Assembly: GCA_963763775.1 (NCBI GenBank) | Contig: CAVXPZ010000003.1 | Location: 1-64,000, forward strand | Reading direction: 5' to 3' | From: an uncultured Chloroflexia bacterium | GTDB taxonomy: Bacteria > Chloroflexota > Limnocylindria > Limnocylindrales > CSP1-4 | DNA: 64,000 nucleotides | In this document: one piece after another, positions 61,815-64,000 of the stretch | How the letters are laid out: every line of letters starts with the position of its first letter | Position numbering within the stretch: the stretch's first letter is position 1 | Program-made: the position numbers and the translations under genes | Notes under the pieces: generated by a model | Databases searched by the model: none | Told to the model about the DNA's origin: nothing | The model's input: the letters and a program-made list of their open reading frames with translations, nothing else

Positions 61815-62462
61815 TCACTGACGCTCGACGACGCCCCAGAACAACGGGTCCTCGCGGACGAAGCGCGCCCGCCAGCCCGATCCCTCGAGCCGTCGGGCCA
61901 GGGCCTCAGGATCCCAGAGCACCTTGACGATCCGGAACCGCCGCCCGTCCAGAAGGGTCCGCATGACGACCTCGTCCTGCGCCGTCACCTCCTCCGACCA
62001 GAGCCCGTGCGCCGCCTCGTCGAGGACGAAGACGCGGCCATCCGGCGCGAGCATCGCGTCGATCGCCGCCCAGAACGCGTCGAACCGGTCGCTCGGGATG
62101 TGCGACAGCAGCGCCCCGAACACGACCAGGTCGGCGGGTGTCTCGGGACGCCAGTCGAAGGCATCGGCAGCGACCGTCGCGATGTTCGGCGCGGCCACCT
62201 TCAGCCGGAGCAGCTCGAGCGCCTCCGGCGACGAGTCCACCGCTACCACCGCCTCGGCCACCGACGCGAGGACAGCCGTGTACTGGCCGGTCCCGGCCCC
62301 GAGCTCGATCGCCGATCCGACCGGCCCGAGCGCCCGCAGGTCCGCGACGGCCCGCGCGAACACGTCGTCATACGGGTCGTCGTCGGGGCGAGCGGTCGCG
62401 TCGTACTCCGGCGCCCGCGCCCGGTAGTAGCGGATCTGCTCGGCGAGCAGCTCGTCCGTCAT
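61815..62462 (-). CDS. Class I SAM-dependent methyltransferase
   Basis: YYRARAPEYD, IELGAGTG, AVDSSPE, LSHIP. Confidence 0.9.
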   Translation of the reverse strand: MTDELLAEQIRYYRARAPEYDATARPDDDPYDDVFARAVADLRALGPVGSAIELGAGTGQYTAVLASVAEAVVAVDSSPEALELLRLKVAAPNIATVAADAFDWRPETPADLVVFGALLSHIPSDRFDAFWAAIDAMLAPDGRVFVLDEAAHGLWSEEVTAQDEVVMRTLLDGRRFRIVKVLWDPEALARRLEGSGWRARFVREDPLFWGVVERQ

Positions 62463-62509
62463 GCGGACCGGCGCTCGCGGTCGAACCAGCGCATGGGTCG
62501 GCCCAGGCT

Positions 62510-62785
62510 CTACCCGTCGACCTCGAGGTCGAACGCGTCCTCATGGGACAGGAGCGTCTGGGCGATCAGCGCCCGGGCGCGGATCAGGGCCTCGTCGCGG
62601 TCGGCCGCGGCGACCTCGAGCGTGGGGAGCTGCACGACGGTCGCGACGACCCCCTCGGCCAGGTGCTCGATCCGCAGCTCGTAGACCGGCCGCTCGCCGC
62701 GCTCGATCATGCGCCGCCCCTCGTTGACGGCGTTCTCGAGGAGCAGGAGGTCGGCCTGGAACTGCGGGCCCTTCATGCCGGGCAT
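62510..62785 (-). CDS. Small hypothetical protein (HicB N-terminal-like fold possible)
   Basis: ATVVQLP...AADRDEALIRARALI pattern. Confidence 0.5.
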   Translation of the reverse strand: MPGMKGPQFQADLLLLENAVNEGRRMIERGERPVYELRIEHLAEGVVATVVQLPTLEVAAADRDEALIRARALIAQTLLSHEDAFDLEVDG

Positions 62786-62820
62786 GGTGCCACAGGCGAC
62801 AGCGCGCGACGCACGGAATC

Positions 62821-62855
62821 ACGAAGGCGGCGGTCAGGAGGACCGCCGCCTTCGT
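62821..62855. terminator. Perfect 15-bp hairpin downstream of gene 62884-63429
   Basis: ACGAAGGCGGCGGTC-aggag-GACCGCCGCCTTCGT. Confidence 0.65.
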
Positions 62856-62883
62856 TCCCCCCGTCAGGGGTGACCCGGGAGGG

Positions 62884-63429
62884 TCAGCTGACCTTGATGA
62901 CGACGAACGGGTTCGAGAGGGGATGCACGTGGCGCTTCCCGAGCCAGATCCGCGACACGGGGAGGGCCGCCTTGCCCTGCCATCCGCTGATCTGGAGGCT
63001 CTGCGAACAGGCCGTCTTGAAGTTGAGGCCGTCGATGTGGCCGTAGTTGTTGAAGCGGTACGTCAGCGTCAGCTTGTCCTCGCTGAGCTTGAAGACGTCG
63101 CGCTTCTCGAGGAGGACGCCGCTGACCTTGATCGGCGTCGTCGACACGATCGTGCCGGAGAAGACGACCTTGCGCGTGCCGTGATGCGTGACGCGAAGGT
63201 GCCAGCCGTTCCGGTCGTGCCAGAAGTAGTCACCGGCGCGAGCGCCCGCGTGCAGGTTCGTCGGGCGACCCTGGACGGATGCCGGCCAGTGCGTATCCGG
63301 ACAGGTCGTGGTGGGGGCCGTGGTCGGCTCGGCGGCGAACGTCGCCGCGGGGACCAGCAGACCGGCGCCCAGGGCGCTGACGGCGAGGAGCGCCGAGATC
63401 GACCGGCGGCGGATCGTGTGGCTCAGCAA
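62884..63429 (-). CDS. Secreted hypothetical protein
   Basis: Signal peptide ending ATFA; WHD..GWHLRVT, GHIDGL.F; AGGAG RBS. Confidence 0.7.
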   Translation of the reverse strand: MLSHTIRRRSISALLAVSALGAGLLVPAATFAAEPTTAPTTTCPDTHWPASVQGRPTNLHAGARAGDYFWHDRNGWHLRVTHHGTRKVVFSGTIVSTTPIKVSGVLLEKRDVFKLSEDKLTLTYRFNNYGHIDGLNFKTACSQSLQISGWQGKAALPVSRIWLGKRHVHPLSNPFVVIKVS

Positions 63430-63759
63430 GGTGAGCTCCTTCCTTCCAGACCCTCGAGGTGGGTGCGAGGGACGGTGTGTGGACGGACGGTCAGGTGACG
63501 GACTCGTCCTTGGACATCGGGAGCGTGCCGTTCCGCTGTGAAGAGGGGGTTAAGAGGCCAAGATCGTCTTGTCCCGGTGGTGCGCGAACGCACCACGTCA
63601 CGCCCGTGGGACCTGGCTCGTCAGAAGGGCCAGACGCCGGGCGATCACTGGCAGGCTGATCGATCGCCCGGCGTCCCCACGTCACGACGCGCCGCCGGGC
63701 GCTAGACTCAGGTGCGGCCGGGGCGATCAGCGCCCCCACACGGAGGAACCTCAGCCCGC

Positions 63760-64000
63760 GTGCAAGCCCGCCGGATCCGGCAAGACACCGGACCCACCGA
63801 CCGTCGCCGCCTCGTCGCGGCTGGACTGTCGGCCGTGCTTCCGGGTCTCGGTCAGGCCTTCAACGGCCGACGGACCCTGGCCCTCTGGTTCCTCATCCCC
63901 TCCCTCGTCCTCATCGCGATCGGGCTGATCGTCGTCCGGACGCAGTCGCCCGCCCGGCTGGCCGCCTGGGCCGTGGCGCCCGCGGTCCTCGGGACCCTCC
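63760..64000 (+). CDS. Partial membrane protein (N-terminus resembles LCP-family proteins); runs off the window
   Basis: GGAGGA RBS and GTG; AAGLSAVLPGLGQAFNGR followed by TM helices. Confidence 0.5.
   Translation, partial: MQARRIRQDTGPTDRRRLVAAGLSAVLPGLGQAFNGRRTLALWFLIPSLVLIAIGLIVVRTQSPARLAAWAVAPAVLGTL

Noticed and set aside
62510-62785. HicAB toxin-antitoxin system
   Set aside because: Only a weak HicB-like pattern, with no DNA-binding tail and no adjacent HicA-like ORF.

Overview
High-GC bacterial chromosome segment. The gene repertoire and ECF/anti-sigma style suggest Chloroflexota (Limnocylindria-like); this is an inference. Many 1-bp indels split genes, including glnA, which points to uncorrected long-read errors rather than real decay. 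Positions 1-42006 are accessory DNA lying between two convergent tRNA 3' ends: a tRNA-Arg-type end at 1-15 (+) and tRNA-Pro(CGG) at 41930-42006 (-). Each end is duplicated inside the region (6706-6730 and about 38419-38433). Each copy is embedded in short peptide stubs that look like a recombinase C-terminus split at att, with small HTH genes nearby. No intact integrase is present. The cargo includes ABC/TetR/oxidoreductase genes, two MalT-type LuxR regulators, cyclase/Crp, ArsR-SRPBCC, and ECF-anti-sigma-lipoprotein triplets. The main discovery is a 16-kb membrane-protein cluster at 22013-38155. It encodes four DUF1269/DUF6325-like proteins, TMEM175, a K+ channel, a double AI-2E, an LPG-synthase-like TM protein, PLDc_N/SHOCT, a NhaP fragment, kinase-like DUF2252 and a holin-like/phosphodiesterase fusion. 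Five promoters in this cluster share a TCCTCC-N5-GGAGGA(TG) box 20-22 bp upstream of a -10 hexamer, a candidate regulon of the embedded MalT-like activator. Positions 42-64 kb look like core chromosome: PAS-GGDEF-EAL, MFS, ECF, tandem GSIII and GSI, ResB, GGDEF, Lrp, LLM, homocysteine methyltransferase, serine hydrolase, lysE with an attenuator-like leader, a Zn-finger cyclase and tRNA-Pro(TGG). Family assignments come from motif recognition only; no searches were run.
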